DNA from: an uncultured bacterium
Lineage (GTDB): Bacteria; Gemmatimonadota; Gemmatimonadetes; Longimicrobiales; Gaopeijiaceae
NCBI GenBank assembly: GCA_963935005.1
Contig: CAWWAX010000001.1
Span: forward strand, 52,572 to 116,571
Direction of reading: 5' to 3'
DNA: 64,000 nucleotides
The notes below the pieces were generated by a model, which was not told where the DNA came from, did not search any database, and saw only the letters and a list, made by a program, of their open reading frames with translations. The translations under genes and the position numbers were made by a program. Shown here piece after piece: positions 30,577-40,353 of the stretch (position 1 is the first letter of the stretch; every line of letters starts with the position of its first letter).

Positions 30577-31704
30577 CTAATTTTGACCTACTCGAAATTT
30601 TTGCACCCTTCGTCCAGTAGAAGCTTCTCCAACATACAAATTACCTTCTGAATCTGCACTCATTCCATGGGGACGCAGGAATTGCCCTACCTGTCTTCCT
30701 CCCCTACCGAACTCACCTATAATTTCTAAAGTTTCTCTTTCCAAAATCCACACCTTGTGATTGGTACCATCAGCCATATAGAGCCACTTCTGTTCCTCAT
30801 CAGGAGAGAGCGCGAATACGAAAGCAGACCCCGAGGCTAGTGTTCGAGGGGCAATGATCTTCTCCATTACAAATTCTCCATTTTGGCGAAATACCTGTAT
30901 TCGATTACCTCTTCGATCGGCTACATAAATCAGGCCGTCGTTAGTCCCTAGGATGCCATGGACTGTAGAAAACTGACGGACAGGAGGACCTTCTGGATTT
31001 CGGTCGCCATAATCATACTCATCATCTGGAATTTCACCATAAGCTCCCCAATGCCTAAGATATTTCCCAGATTCTCCATCATACACCACTACTCGACGAT
31101 TTCTATATCCATCGGCTATATAGGCCTCATTCGTTGCAGGATCAACCCAAATGCCCGCAGGTCCACCTAGTAGATGTTTGTCGTTACTTCCAGCATTTTG
31201 GTCATACTCTCCTAGAACCAAAACCACATCCCCTGAACGAGTAAATTTCATTACCCGATGGTGCCTATAACTCCCTACCCAAACAAAGTCGTTGTGATCT
31301 ACAAAAATCCCATGGGGATTTCTTGGAAAGTCTTCTACATCTTGAGAAGAATCTCCCCAGGCCTGGACTACCTGACCGGCCTGATCAAATTCGATAACCA
31401 CAGGGGCGGGAGCACAGCATGTGCCAATTGGAGGGTCCTGGACGGCTGATGTCTCCTCTGCCGTCAACGTCTCTGGAAGGTGGGTTATCCAAATATGCTC
31501 CTTCTGATCTACAAACACGCCTGTTACTGATCCTAAGATCCAATTGTTAGGCAACTCTAGTGGCCAAGTAGGATCCACAGAAAAGGATGGGACACTCCCA
31601 TTTCCTGGGCTACTATTAGATTCATCTCCAGCTTCCGATCCACATCCTGTCTGTAAAATGAACAATAAAAAGCCCAAGCTAATCAAGTGTATTCGTTTCA
31701 TCAT
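30577..31704 (-). CDS. NHL-repeat six-bladed beta-propeller lipoprotein (peptidyl-hydroxyglycine-lyase-like)
   Basis: It has the lipobox LQTGC and repeated blades of the type G.FV....G..YV.D..N.R.Q.F (HGIFVDHNDFVWV, AGIWVDPATNEAYIADGYRNRRVVVY, HGILGTNDGLIYVADRRGNRIQVF, HGMSADSEGNLYVGE). Confidence 0.65.
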   Translation of the reverse strand: MMKRIHLISLGFLLFILQTGCGSEAGDESNSSPGNGSVPSFSVDPTWPLELPNNWILGSVTGVFVDQKEHIWITHLPETLTAEETSAVQDPPIGTCCAPAPVVIEFDQAGQVVQAWGDSSQDVEDFPRNPHGIFVDHNDFVWVGSYRHHRVMKFTRSGDVVLVLGEYDQNAGSNDKHLLGGPAGIWVDPATNEAYIADGYRNRRVVVYDGESGKYLRHWGAYGEIPDDEYDYGDRNPEGPPVRQFSTVHGILGTNDGLIYVADRRGNRIQVFRQNGEFVMEKIIAPRTLASGSAFVFALSPDEEQKWLYMADGTNHKVWILERETLEIIGEFGRGGRQVGQFLRPHGMSADSEGNLYVGEASTGRRVQKFRVGQN

Positions 31705-31943
31705 TTAGTCTCCCGCTTGCTTCAAATATTTTGTGGTAAAGATTGCAAATCCTTTAGATTCACATTTCAGTCTAAACCACTGCTTCTCTGCCACACATTC
31801 TCCAGGATCGACACAATACAAAGATTCTTCCTATTCCTACTCCTTGCGACACAGTGTCTATTACATACACTGTGGTAACAACAAGATAGTTCTGCTGGCG
31901 ATTTATGGAAATTCTACAAACAATTCACTAAAGAGTAACGGCG

Positions 31944-32852
31944 ATGACTGTTGAACCAGGCAAGACTAGAATTGGATGGATTGGATTGGGTGTAATGGGA
32001 CGCAGCATGTGTAAACACCTCATGGACCGTGGATTCAGCACAACTGTGTTTACACGGACCAAAGAGACAGCTAACGAACTTCTAGAGAAAGGAGCGGAGT
32101 GGCGAGATAACCCAATGGAAGTGGCAAAAAACAGTGACGTAATTTTCAGTATAGTCGCTTTCCCTAGTGATGTCCGAGAAGTTTTCCTAGGCGCTAATGG
32201 CCTACTTAAGGGGTGTGCCCCTGGAAATATCCTTGTAGACATGACTACGAGTGATCCTTCCCTGGCTAGGGAAATCTACCGACAAGCAACAAAGGTAGGA
32301 GTAGCTACTGTCGATGCTCCAGTGTCCGGGGGAGACGTAGGGGCCAGAGAAGGACGGCTGTCGATTATGGTAGGAGGCGAAGAATCTACTATCAAGATAA
32401 TAAGACCCTGCTTTGAGGCTATGGGAACCACTATCGTCAACCAAGGAGGTCCTGGATCTGGTCAACACACTAAAATGGTAAATCAGATATTGATTGCATC
32501 TGGTATGATAGGCGTCTGCGAAGCTTTGCTTTATGCACACACATCTGGATTAGATCTAGAGACAGTCATGAAATCCGTGAGTTCCGGAGCAGCAGGAAGT
32601 TGGTCTCTGGATAACTACGGCCCTAGAATAATTAATAACGATTTCGAACCTGGTTTTTTTGTAGAACACTTCATCAAAGACATGGCCATTGCTCTCAATG
32701 AAGCCGCGCGAATGAACTTATCGTTGCCTGGCTTAGCGATGGCCCACCAACTATACAATGCGTTGAAAGCCCAAGGTGGAGGGCGAAATGGAACTCAAGC
32801 TCTTCAGTTAGCCTTGTCCCGTCTTTCTGCCATAGATTGGGAAAAAAGATAG
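31944..32852 (+). CDS. NAD(P)-dependent 3-hydroxyisobutyrate/2-hydroxy-3-oxopropionate reductase family dehydrogenase
   Basis: It has the N-terminal GxGxxG motif ([13 protein letters not shown]), the family motif DAPVSGG, and [11 protein letters not shown]. Confidence 0.85.
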   Translation: MTVEPGKTRIGWIGLGVMGRSMCKHLMDRGFSTTVFTRTKETANELLEKGAEWRDNPMEVAKNSDVIFSIVAFPSDVREVFLGANGLLKGCAPGNILVDMTTSDPSLAREIYRQATKVGVATVDAPVSGGDVGAREGRLSIMVGGEESTIKIIRPCFEAMGTTIVNQGGPGSGQHTKMVNQILIASGMIGVCEALLYAHTSGLDLETVMKSVSSGAAGSWSLDNYGPRIINNDFEPGFFVEHFIKDMAIALNEAARMNLSLPGLAMAHQLYNALKAQGGGRNGTQALQLALSRLSAIDWEKR

Positions 32853-32936
32853 TTCTATTGAATTCCGCAGTCATAGGAAAGTGCTTTTCAGAAAATTCGC
32901 TGATGGTAATGATAACCACCTGGGCTCACACATTCC

Positions 32937-34127
32937 CTAATCGTTTAAAACCTGAGTCAGTACTCCTTCCAGCCTTTCTACCGTGCGATCTATATTCGCT
33001 AATTTGTCCAGACCAAAAAGCCCTAGACGAAAAGTTTGAAAATCTTTGGGTTCATCACACATCAAGGGCACTCCCGCAGCTACCTGCATCCCTAGTTCGG
33101 AGAACTTTGCACCATTCTGTATACCAACATCATCTGTGTAGCTCACTACAACACTGGGAGCCTGAAAATCCACTTCAGCTACACTCTTGATATTGACTCC
33201 CTCAAGTAAATCCCGAACTCTTTTACCCAACTCTCCCTGCTTCTGCTTAGCTTCAGCAAAACCGAATGCCTCCGTTTCCTTCATTACTTTGTGGAACTGT
33301 CGCAGGGAATCCGTGGGCATAGTAGCATGATATGCATGTCCACCATTTTCATAGGCGTCCATGATCTCCTTCCATTTTTTTAAATCACCAGCAAAACTTG
33401 TACTGGTAGTTGACCCCAGTTTGTCGACAGCTCGGGAACCTAGCATAATTAAACCACTGCATGGGGAGCCACTCCAACCTTTCTGGGGTGCGGAAATCAG
33501 GACATCAACACCCGTTGCTTCCATATCAATCCATAAGGCTCCCGAAGCCACACAATCTAAGACGAAAAGGCCCCCAACTTCGTGTACAGCTTCTGCTACA
33601 GCACGGATATAGTCGTCTGGCAAAATAATACCCGCTGCCGTCTCCACATGGGGAGCAAACACGACCTCGGGTTTGTCCCGCTTGATACAGTTAATTACCT
33701 CATCGATCACTGGGGGCCTGAAGGGAGAATTATTCTTTTCAGATAGGCGGCTCGCCTTTAGAACAGTACTTTCTGATGGAATAGAACCCATTTCAAAAAT
33801 TTGAGTCCAGCGATAACTAAACCATCCATTCCGGATTACCAGACAATTTTTGTCGGTTGCAAACTGCCTGGCCACAGCTTCCATACCAAATGTTCCACCA
33901 CCTGGAACCAGAACCACTGATTGAGCCCCATAAACTTGCTTCAGAGTTCCAGAAATATCCCTCATGACCCCCTGAAAAGACTGGGACATGTGGTTCAGTG
34001 AGCGATCAGAGAATACTACCGAGTACTCTAAAAGTCCTCCTGGATCGATATCAAATCTTTCGTTTTCCATTTGGTTTCCATTTGGTTTATAGCCGTTGAA
34101 ACAGTTGCTTGATGTAACCCTATCCAT
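32937..34127 (-). CDS. Class V (AGXT/serine-pyruvate type) PLP-dependent aminotransferase
   Basis: It reads SLNHMSQSFQ...VLVPGGGTFGMEA, with a PLP-Lys context of SAPQKGWSG. An alternative start lies at 34070 (MENERF...). Confidence 0.8.
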   Translation of the reverse strand: MDRVTSSNCFNGYKPNGNQMENERFDIDPGGLLEYSVVFSDRSLNHMSQSFQGVMRDISGTLKQVYGAQSVVLVPGGGTFGMEAVARQFATDKNCLVIRNGWFSYRWTQIFEMGSIPSESTVLKASRLSEKNNSPFRPPVIDEVINCIKRDKPEVVFAPHVETAAGIILPDDYIRAVAEAVHEVGGLFVLDCVASGALWIDMEATGVDVLISAPQKGWSGSPCSGLIMLGSRAVDKLGSTTSTSFAGDLKKWKEIMDAYENGGHAYHATMPTDSLRQFHKVMKETEAFGFAEAKQKQGELGKRVRDLLEGVNIKSVAEVDFQAPSVVVSYTDDVGIQNGAKFSELGMQVAAGVPLMCDEPKDFQTFRLGLFGLDKLANIDRTVERLEGVLTQVLND

Positions 34128-34314
34128 ACGAGGTATATAAATCTAGTAGTGTTACTTCTCAATGTGGTAGTACCCCACTATACTGCTAACCAGAAAATCT
34201 GGGGCCAAGATCATTAAAATCTGGCCGACTAACTTGAGAGATATTAGTCATAAAGATGTGCACCTCTTGGAAAAGGTTGTATACATGTCAAATAACATGA
34301 CTGGATTCAGAGAA

Positions 34315-35901
34315 ATGAAGTGTCTGAACTTAACCTTCACGATAGCTTCTCTTCTGTTAGTTGCTTGCAATTCCATGGACAATCGAGAAGTCCAGCATGT
34401 CGACAGTGTCTCGAAAAGCAACCCTCCAAATTTCTCCCGGCATCAATTCGAAGTCTTCTCTGACGCTGGAGCACAAACCAACGCCTGGGGTGATTACGAC
34501 TCAGACGGAGACCTCGACCTGTACGTTGGATTCCGTGGTAAAACTAACAGATTATATCAAAATAGCAGGGGTATTTTCACAGATGTAGCGCCTAGCGTTG
34601 GCTTGGCAGACGAAGAAGAGACACGAGCAGTAGCTTGGGGTGATTACGACTCAGACGGAGACCTCGACCTGTACGTTGGATTTACCGCTGATTCAACCAG
34701 TCACAACAAACTCTATGAAAACCAAGGCGGAGGAACATTCTTCATTGATAAATCATCACAACTGGGATTAGACAGATCTGGGACTACCCGTCAACCTTCG
34801 TTCATCGATTATGATGGCGATGGTGACTTAGACCTTTTCGTAGCTTTCCGGGATCAACTCAATCGGCTATACCAGAATGAACAAGGGAGTTTTACAGACG
34901 TGACAGAGATCTCCGGGATTGGAGATCCCAGACGTACAGTCGGAGCATCTTGGTTTGATGCGGATGGTGATGGTGACTTAGACCTTTTCGTAGCAAATCA
35001 GAACGGAGACCGAGACGGTCTATTCCTTAATCTAGGTGATGGTTCATTCGAAGACGTCGCCGAAGATTTAGGAATTGACCAGCCAGGAAGGACTGCGTCC
35101 CAAGGAAGCGTGGGAGTCGCCGTTGGAGACTACGATAACGATGGAGACTTAGATTTATTTGTTGCATCCTATGGACCAGATCTGATCTGGGAAAACCAAA
35201 ATGATACGCTAGGTTTTATCAAACGATCAGCAGGCAAAGGCTTCGACGGAGATCACCATTCGGTTGCAGCTACCTTTGCAGATTACGACAATGATGGCTG
35301 GCTCGATCTGTATGTGGGTACTTTTATTAGCACTATAGCTGAAGAACCAGATTATCTATTCCGAAACGTGATTGGAGATTTCCAACTAGTGACCCCCAGC
35401 CTGATATTAGAAAAAGGGACGAGTCATGGAATTTCCTGGGCAGACTATGATAGAGACGGTGATCTTGACCTTGCAGTTGCCAATAACCATACCGATGGCA
35501 CTCACGCTTTATATAGAAACGAACTTGGTGGTCCTAGCACTGGAAACTCTCTCCAAGTAGTCGTCCTGGACAGTAATGGAAACTGGACACGGGCTGGTGC
35601 GACTGTCACTCTATCTGCTTCTACTTGGGACAGTTCCATGGAAGGTCAGCCGAGTTACACCACATCAAGAATAGTCGATACTGGGGGAGGATACAGCTCA
35701 CAGGGAGCAACTCCCGTTCACTTTGGCATTCCCAACGGGGTTGAATTGGTTAATCTGACCATCCAGTGGTATGAGGATGGCACGCAAACTCAAACTGTCT
35801 CCGATTTCGATTATAGTATCTACTCTGGCCAAGTTCTAGAAATACTTCTCGATCCAAGGCAGTCGCTATCAAGACAAGGTCAGGAGTACCCCTGTAAATG
35901 A
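34315..35901 (+). CDS. FG-GAP/VCBS repeat protein with C-terminal ASPIC/UnbV-like domain (CRTAC1 family), lipoprotein
   Basis: About eight repeats of the type WGDYDSDGDLDLYVG / DYDGDGDLDLFVA are present. The C-terminus reads DTGGGYSSQGATPVHFGI. The lipobox LLLVAC follows the ATG at 34315. Confidence 0.85.
   Translation: MKCLNLTFTIASLLLVACNSMDNREVQHVDSVSKSNPPNFSRHQFEVFSDAGAQTNAWGDYDSDGDLDLYVGFRGKTNRLYQNSRGIFTDVAPSVGLADEEETRAVAWGDYDSDGDLDLYVGFTADSTSHNKLYENQGGGTFFIDKSSQLGLDRSGTTRQPSFIDYDGDGDLDLFVAFRDQLNRLYQNEQGSFTDVTEISGIGDPRRTVGASWFDADGDGDLDLFVANQNGDRDGLFLNLGDGSFEDVAEDLGIDQPGRTASQGSVGVAVGDYDNDGDLDLFVASYGPDLIWENQNDTLGFIKRSAGKGFDGDHHSVAATFADYDNDGWLDLYVGTFISTIAEEPDYLFRNVIGDFQLVTPSLILEKGTSHGISWADYDRDGDLDLAVANNHTDGTHALYRNELGGPSTGNSLQVVVLDSNGNWTRAGATVTLSASTWDSSMEGQPSYTTSRIVDTGGGYSSQGATPVHFGIPNGVELVNLTIQWYEDGTQTQTVSDFDYSIYSGQVLEILLDPRQSLSRQGQEYPCK
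34486..34682 (+). repeat. 47-bp perfect direct repeat (34486-34532 and 34636-34682), 150 bp apart, in frame
   Basis: TGGGGTGATTACGACTCAGACGGAGACCTCGACCTGTACGTTGGATT occurs twice. It encodes the WGDYDSDGDLDLYVGF blades. Confidence 0.95.
34819..34994 (+). repeat. 26-bp perfect direct repeat (34819-34844 and 34969-34994), also 150 bp apart
   Basis: GATGGTGACTTAGACCTTTTCGTAGC occurs twice. It encodes DGDLDLFVA. Confidence 0.95.
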
Positions 35902-36136
35902 TCTCTTTAGACCGTTGGAGTTCATTTGCCTCTATGTTAGCTTCCCTAGCATCATTGGTTCTGGTTAATTTTGGCGTCTGGACTCGGTCCCAGAACCCCT
36001 AGATTCCTACTGACTCTTGCTAGACGAATAGACGTCTATGGAAATAGCGTGGATATAGATCTGGGGACTTCTTATACAAAAACAATAGTTAGAGCATCCG
36101 GCTGTTACGCTGGAAAAGTAGGCTGAACCAACTGTA

Positions 36137-37981
36137 ATGGAAAATTCCCAAAACCTCAGGCAGACACCCATTGCTGACCGTGACCGTTCCTTAGTCCTTC
36201 TGGCAGTTTTGCTGGCATTGTTCCTGGCGGCCCTAGACCAAACAATCGTCTCCACAGCTTTGCCTAGAATCGTCACAGATTTGCAAGGAATCAAACGTTA
36301 CGCTTGGGTGGCCACTGCATATTTGATCACCTCTACAGCCTTTGCACCGATTTATGGCAAACTGGCGGATACATACTCTCGTAAGAAAATAGGCACTAGT
36401 GCAGTACTATTGTTTCTGTTGGGATCTATACTGTGCGGCTTATCTGGCGAATTTGGCGACCTGCCCATTATCGGAGACGGTATGAATCAGCTAGTGCTTT
36501 TTAGGGGCATTCAGGGGGCCGGTGGTGGTGGTATTTTTGCCATGACCTTCATAATCATCGCTAGTCTATACCCTCCAGCAGAGCGGGGAAGGTATCAAGG
36601 ATTCGTCGGTGCCGTCTGGGGAATAGCCTCCGTTCTCGGACCGCTGATGGGAGGGTTACTTACCGACCATGCAGGAAACTTTATTCCCGGTATTGAGGGT
36701 TGGCGTTGGGTCTTCTATGTCAATATCCCTTTTGGAGTAATTGCTCTGTGGTTTATGAAAAATCACATGCCCTCACTTAAACCTCCTGGAAAACCCACTC
36801 GGCCCGATTTCCTCACTGCTATATTACTAATCAGTGGATTGATCCCGCTGGTGCTAGCCCTACAAATTGATAAGCAAAAATATCCCTGGATCCCAAGCAT
36901 GATTGCCCAAGAATCCAGTTCACCAGTATGGCACTCGTGGTTGACGTCAGCACTGATGGTTATCACCTTGCTTCTGTTAGCACTCTTCATCAAGCGTTCC
37001 CGACAATCGAAAAGTCCCGTCTTAGATTTTCGGCTCTTTGAAAACCGTGTTTTTCGAGCGGCAAACCTAGCATCATTCTTCTACGGTGCCAGCTTTATGT
37101 CTGTCGTTATATTCCTGCCACTCTTCCTCGTTAATGTACTAGAAGTGTCCGCGACAAGAGCTGGAATAGTCCTAATCCCATTTTCATTTGGGATCAGCTT
37201 GGCCGCGACCTTGTCTGGTCAACTGGTTTCAAGATATGGACACTACAGACTTCAGATTTTCTGTGGAGGCCTGATCTTCTTGTTCTCTTCACTGTTATTA
37301 GCTCAAATGGATAGCAATACCTCATATTTTGCAGTGATGTTCTACACTACACTCTGCGGAATCGGAGTGGGTCCTTCACTTCCATTACTGACCCTTGCTA
37401 TCCAAAATGCAATTGACGTTCGTCTGATTGGACAAGCTACCAGTGCATCACAATTTTTCAGACAAATCGGTTCGGCCATGGGGGCTGCAGTGATGGGAAC
37501 AGTCCTAGCAACCACATTAGGTATCTCATTTTCCACCTTGGAACTACCCGCCTCATTGGAAAATGAAAGAACTGAATCAATCCAGAACATCGCTGCCACG
37601 GGTGGTTCCGGACTCGGTGAACGAATAAGAGAAATCTACCTTAACCTGGGAAACGAACTAGAAGCGATACAATCCGACTCAGAAAGTCTTAGAAGGTTGA
37701 GTAGCCATCCAGACATGCCCGACGAATTCTCCGCTCAAATCCTGGAAATTAGAGACTCTCCTGGTGACAATCTGTCGTTTGTTGCAGAAAACCTGAGATC
37801 TTATGGAGTGAATGCGTCCATACAACTCGATAATAACATTAAGAACGGCTTTACAGCCGCTACAAGAAGAATCTATTCGCTGACTTTCATCATCTTGATA
37901 CTAGCCAGCCTTGCAACCCTTAGAATTCCAGAGATTCCTCTTCGAAAAACACACGACAATGCGCAACATAACGAGACCTGA
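36137..37981 (+). CDS. MFS transporter, DHA2 (EmrB/QacA-like, 14-TM) family with soluble C-terminal extension
   Basis: It reads LDQTIVSTALPRI and has GKLADTYSRKK (motif A-like), many TM segments, and a hydrophilic region of about 130 aa before a final TM. Confidence 0.85.
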   Translation: MENSQNLRQTPIADRDRSLVLLAVLLALFLAALDQTIVSTALPRIVTDLQGIKRYAWVATAYLITSTAFAPIYGKLADTYSRKKIGTSAVLLFLLGSILCGLSGEFGDLPIIGDGMNQLVLFRGIQGAGGGGIFAMTFIIIASLYPPAERGRYQGFVGAVWGIASVLGPLMGGLLTDHAGNFIPGIEGWRWVFYVNIPFGVIALWFMKNHMPSLKPPGKPTRPDFLTAILLISGLIPLVLALQIDKQKYPWIPSMIAQESSSPVWHSWLTSALMVITLLLLALFIKRSRQSKSPVLDFRLFENRVFRAANLASFFYGASFMSVVIFLPLFLVNVLEVSATRAGIVLIPFSFGISLAATLSGQLVSRYGHYRLQIFCGGLIFLFSSLLLAQMDSNTSYFAVMFYTTLCGIGVGPSLPLLTLAIQNAIDVRLIGQATSASQFFRQIGSAMGAAVMGTVLATTLGISFSTLELPASLENERTESIQNIAATGGSGLGERIREIYLNLGNELEAIQSDSESLRRLSSHPDMPDEFSAQILEIRDSPGDNLSFVAENLRSYGVNASIQLDNNIKNGFTAATRRIYSLTFIILILASLATLRIPEIPLRKTHDNAQHNET

Positions 37982-38044
37982 GCTGAGGACAACACACTTT
38001 ACCTAAAAAGCTCAATGGGCAATAGCTAAAGAGCTGACCTAGAA

Positions 38045-38521
38045 CTAAGAACGGTTTTTTTCAGGATATACCGGCAAGGCACCTGAACGAGTCTTCCGTT
38101 TAAAGAATGGTTTTAGTACGTACCGATGTGCTAGTATCGCCCAAGTACAAAGGAGTCCCAGTCCTAAATGTGACCAAGAAAGAACCTCCAGTGAGAGTTC
38201 ATTAATGACTATCTGAATCAAATAACCAGTTAACACTAGAGGGAAAAAAGTAAAGGTCGCCCACACACCACTCTTTCTCCCTGTTGGGAGATTGGACTTC
38301 AAGCTTCTCCAAATGTGGTTAGTTGCAATCAGACCTACTGCAAAAAGCATTGCTGGTGCAAATATTATATGCACTTTCAGAGCCCACGGTTCCAAGGGAT
38401 GATTGATAATCGCCCAAGGATCATCCGTTGTCATAAACCTCTTCATATATATGTAAATGACACCGCTGACAGCGGTGACGATAGTGCTGATATACAAAAA
38501 CCAACGGTGAAATTGAGTCAA
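38045..38521 (-). CDS. Small His-rich 4-TM inner-membrane protein (possible b-haem electron carrier; PepSY_TM/DUF4405/cyt-b561-like)
   Basis: Four hydrophobic helices are present. His pairs bracket TM2 (H51, H69) and TM4 (H118, H132), and H5 lies in TM1. It is the last gene of the apbE operon. The start is TTG with a weak RBS. Confidence 0.6.
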   Translation of the reverse strand: MTQFHRWFLYISTIVTAVSGVIYIYMKRFMTTDDPWAIINHPLEPWALKVHIIFAPAMLFAVGLIATNHIWRSLKSNLPTGRKSGVWATFTFFPLVLTGYLIQIVINELSLEVLSWSHLGLGLLCTWAILAHRYVLKPFFKRKTRSGALPVYPEKNRS

Positions 38522-38532
38522 CGTTTAAGATT

Positions 38533-39081
38533 TTATAAAGGATCGATCACAGCATGCAAAGCCATGACCCTACGGACAGCTGCAGTAACAGCTCTCGCCG
38601 TTAAAGTTGCACCAGTTATGGTGGCGATATCGCCCTTTTGTGACAAGTCTCGATCTAGTTTTCGATTTTCAAATTGAGCCATCCATCGTCCAGGAGCACG
38701 GTAATTGGGAGGTTCCTGAAATCGCATTGTCTCAACACGTATGACACGATCTTCAGTATCGACCGCCACCATAATCACTTCCTGCAGTGTCCGAACCCTA
38801 TGAGCATCGAAATAGGCTATCCCAACTGGATTCCCATCCGTATGTGCTATGTAAGGTATGACTAGATTGTTGTCTATAGGAATATTTTCACCAGCCAATT
38901 TTCTCGCCTCTTCCTTCTGTTCGTCATTAAGGAAAAAGGTCTTTCTCTCAACTACTGACCCCGGGAATGCCAGCTGAACACCTTCGGTGATAGTTAAGGT
39001 TTGGGCAGATGAAAACTGGGTAGCAGTGAGAATACTCACCGCTACCCAGAAGAAAGCTCGTTGGAGAACTAGTACAGCCAT
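38533..39081 (-). CDS. Exported FMN-binding-domain protein (ApbE flavinylation substrate)
   Basis: It has a signal peptide (...ATQFSSAQ) and the FMN_bind-type motif GDIATITGATLTARAV, where [ST]GAT is the flavinylated-Thr context. Confidence 0.8.
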   Translation of the reverse strand: MAVLVLQRAFFWVAVSILTATQFSSAQTLTITEGVQLAFPGSVVERKTFFLNDEQKEEARKLAGENIPIDNNLVIPYIAHTDGNPVGIAYFDAHRVRTLQEVIMVAVDTEDRVIRVETMRFQEPPNYRAPGRWMAQFENRKLDRDLSQKGDIATITGATLTARAVTAAVRRVMALHAVIDPL

Positions 39082-40352
39082 CCTACAACGAAATTGATTT
39101 GGTTAATCCCCGAATTAGTACCAGTTTCATGCATCTGATAGTCACCCTTGAAGACCACTTGGGTTGCTGGCTTCCAAGCAAATCCAATCGAGGTGGCTGT
39201 CAGGTCTTTACTAGCACTGGCGCTGTATCCAGAAGCAACCGCCTTATGCGTATTAACCCTCTCGTATCGCACGTAAGGAATGAATGCTGACTCTGTATCC
39301 TGCTTGGTTCTTAGTAGGTCATAGCCCGCTTGAACAAACCAGCCACCCATTGCTTCACCGATTCCAGCTGAGCCCGTAAAACTATTAAGCTGGTTCAATT
39401 GGGCCACATCGCCCACGGAAGCATGTGCCCAAAGAGCTCTAAGATCAAATCCATTGACTTTATAATCCATATGGAGATCCCAAATAGTTACGCGTCCTCC
39501 CACCTCAGAACCATTCAATTCTGCTCCCTGTCCTGTATTTCCAGTGTACATAGAGGCTCCTAACAATAACCCTGGAGTACCAATATAATCCCAGCGAGCA
39601 GCGATGCCAAAGTTTTCAGCCTTTGCTTTCGCGCCTTTTTGGCGACCCCCACGAAGACCACTCGAGCTAAATTTAACTCCATTGAGTGAGTTCATCGTAT
39701 ATACACGCCACGAAGTTGTTTCTGTTTCTCCGAACAATCCGATCCCGTTCTCTCTCCAGGTAGTCGGTATGATCTTATTTTCAGTCAAAGGTCTTTCCGT
39801 ACCCAAAAATATCGGAGGTTCGTGAAGTTCGTTTGTTAGACCCAAAGGTGCCAGCAACATACCCGCACGCATACCCACATTGTCCGTAAGCATGTAGTCT
39901 ACGTAAGCAAACTCCAAGTAGATTTCTTTCGCATGTTCAACTTCGATTTCCGAGTTGAACAACAAACGATCATTGAACTTGTATCCAGTATAAAGAATAG
40001 CTCTTAATGCATCAAACTGATCGGTTTTTCCCGAGGCTGATCCATCTTGCTTCTTCCCTGCGTAGTTCTCGTAGAGAAACTCTCCATATCCTCCAATCGA
40101 TAAACCGCTCTCGATTTTATATACCCTAGAAGCCGCTGGTCCAAATCCTCTTTCGCCAGAATCCATGTCGACAACGACGTCTCCTAAATCCATTCTTTCT
40201 AGCTCTCGAGCGAGAGCTTCAACATTTCGTTCTAGCTCTGCAATACGAGCTGAGTCCGCTTGTTGTGCAGCTACTTCTGGGGTCGGAACTACCGACACCA
40301 GAAACATGCACAGCGCAGGAACGATCAATGATGTCCTACTATTTGTGGTCAC
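39069..40352 (-). CDS. Outer-membrane beta-barrel porin with N-terminal coiled-coil segment
   Basis: It has a signal peptide and a heptad-like ARIAELERNVEALARELERM. A long alternating-strand region follows, with many aromatic girdle residues, ending ...FVVGWLY. The start is GTG with the RBS AAGGAGAG. Confidence 0.75.
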   Translation of the reverse strand: MTTNSRTSLIVPALCMFLVSVVPTPEVAAQQADSARIAELERNVEALARELERMDLGDVVVDMDSGERGFGPAASRVYKIESGLSIGGYGEFLYENYAGKKQDGSASGKTDQFDALRAILYTGYKFNDRLLFNSEIEVEHAKEIYLEFAYVDYMLTDNVGMRAGMLLAPLGLTNELHEPPIFLGTERPLTENKIIPTTWRENGIGLFGETETTSWRVYTMNSLNGVKFSSSGLRGGRQKGAKAKAENFGIAARWDYIGTPGLLLGASMYTGNTGQGAELNGSEVGGRVTIWDLHMDYKVNGFDLRALWAHASVGDVAQLNQLNSFTGSAGIGEAMGGWFVQAGYDLLRTKQDTESAFIPYVRYERVNTHKAVASGYSASASKDLTATSIGFAWKPATQVVFKGDYQMHETGTNSGINQINFVVGWLY

Positions 40353-40353
40353 C

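Noticed and set aside
38004-38034. AGCTC...GAGCT hairpin followed by TTTTT (minus sense) downstream of the 4-TM gene, as a terminator
   Set aside because: The stem is only 5 bp with a 17-nt loop, which is too weak to report as a feature.
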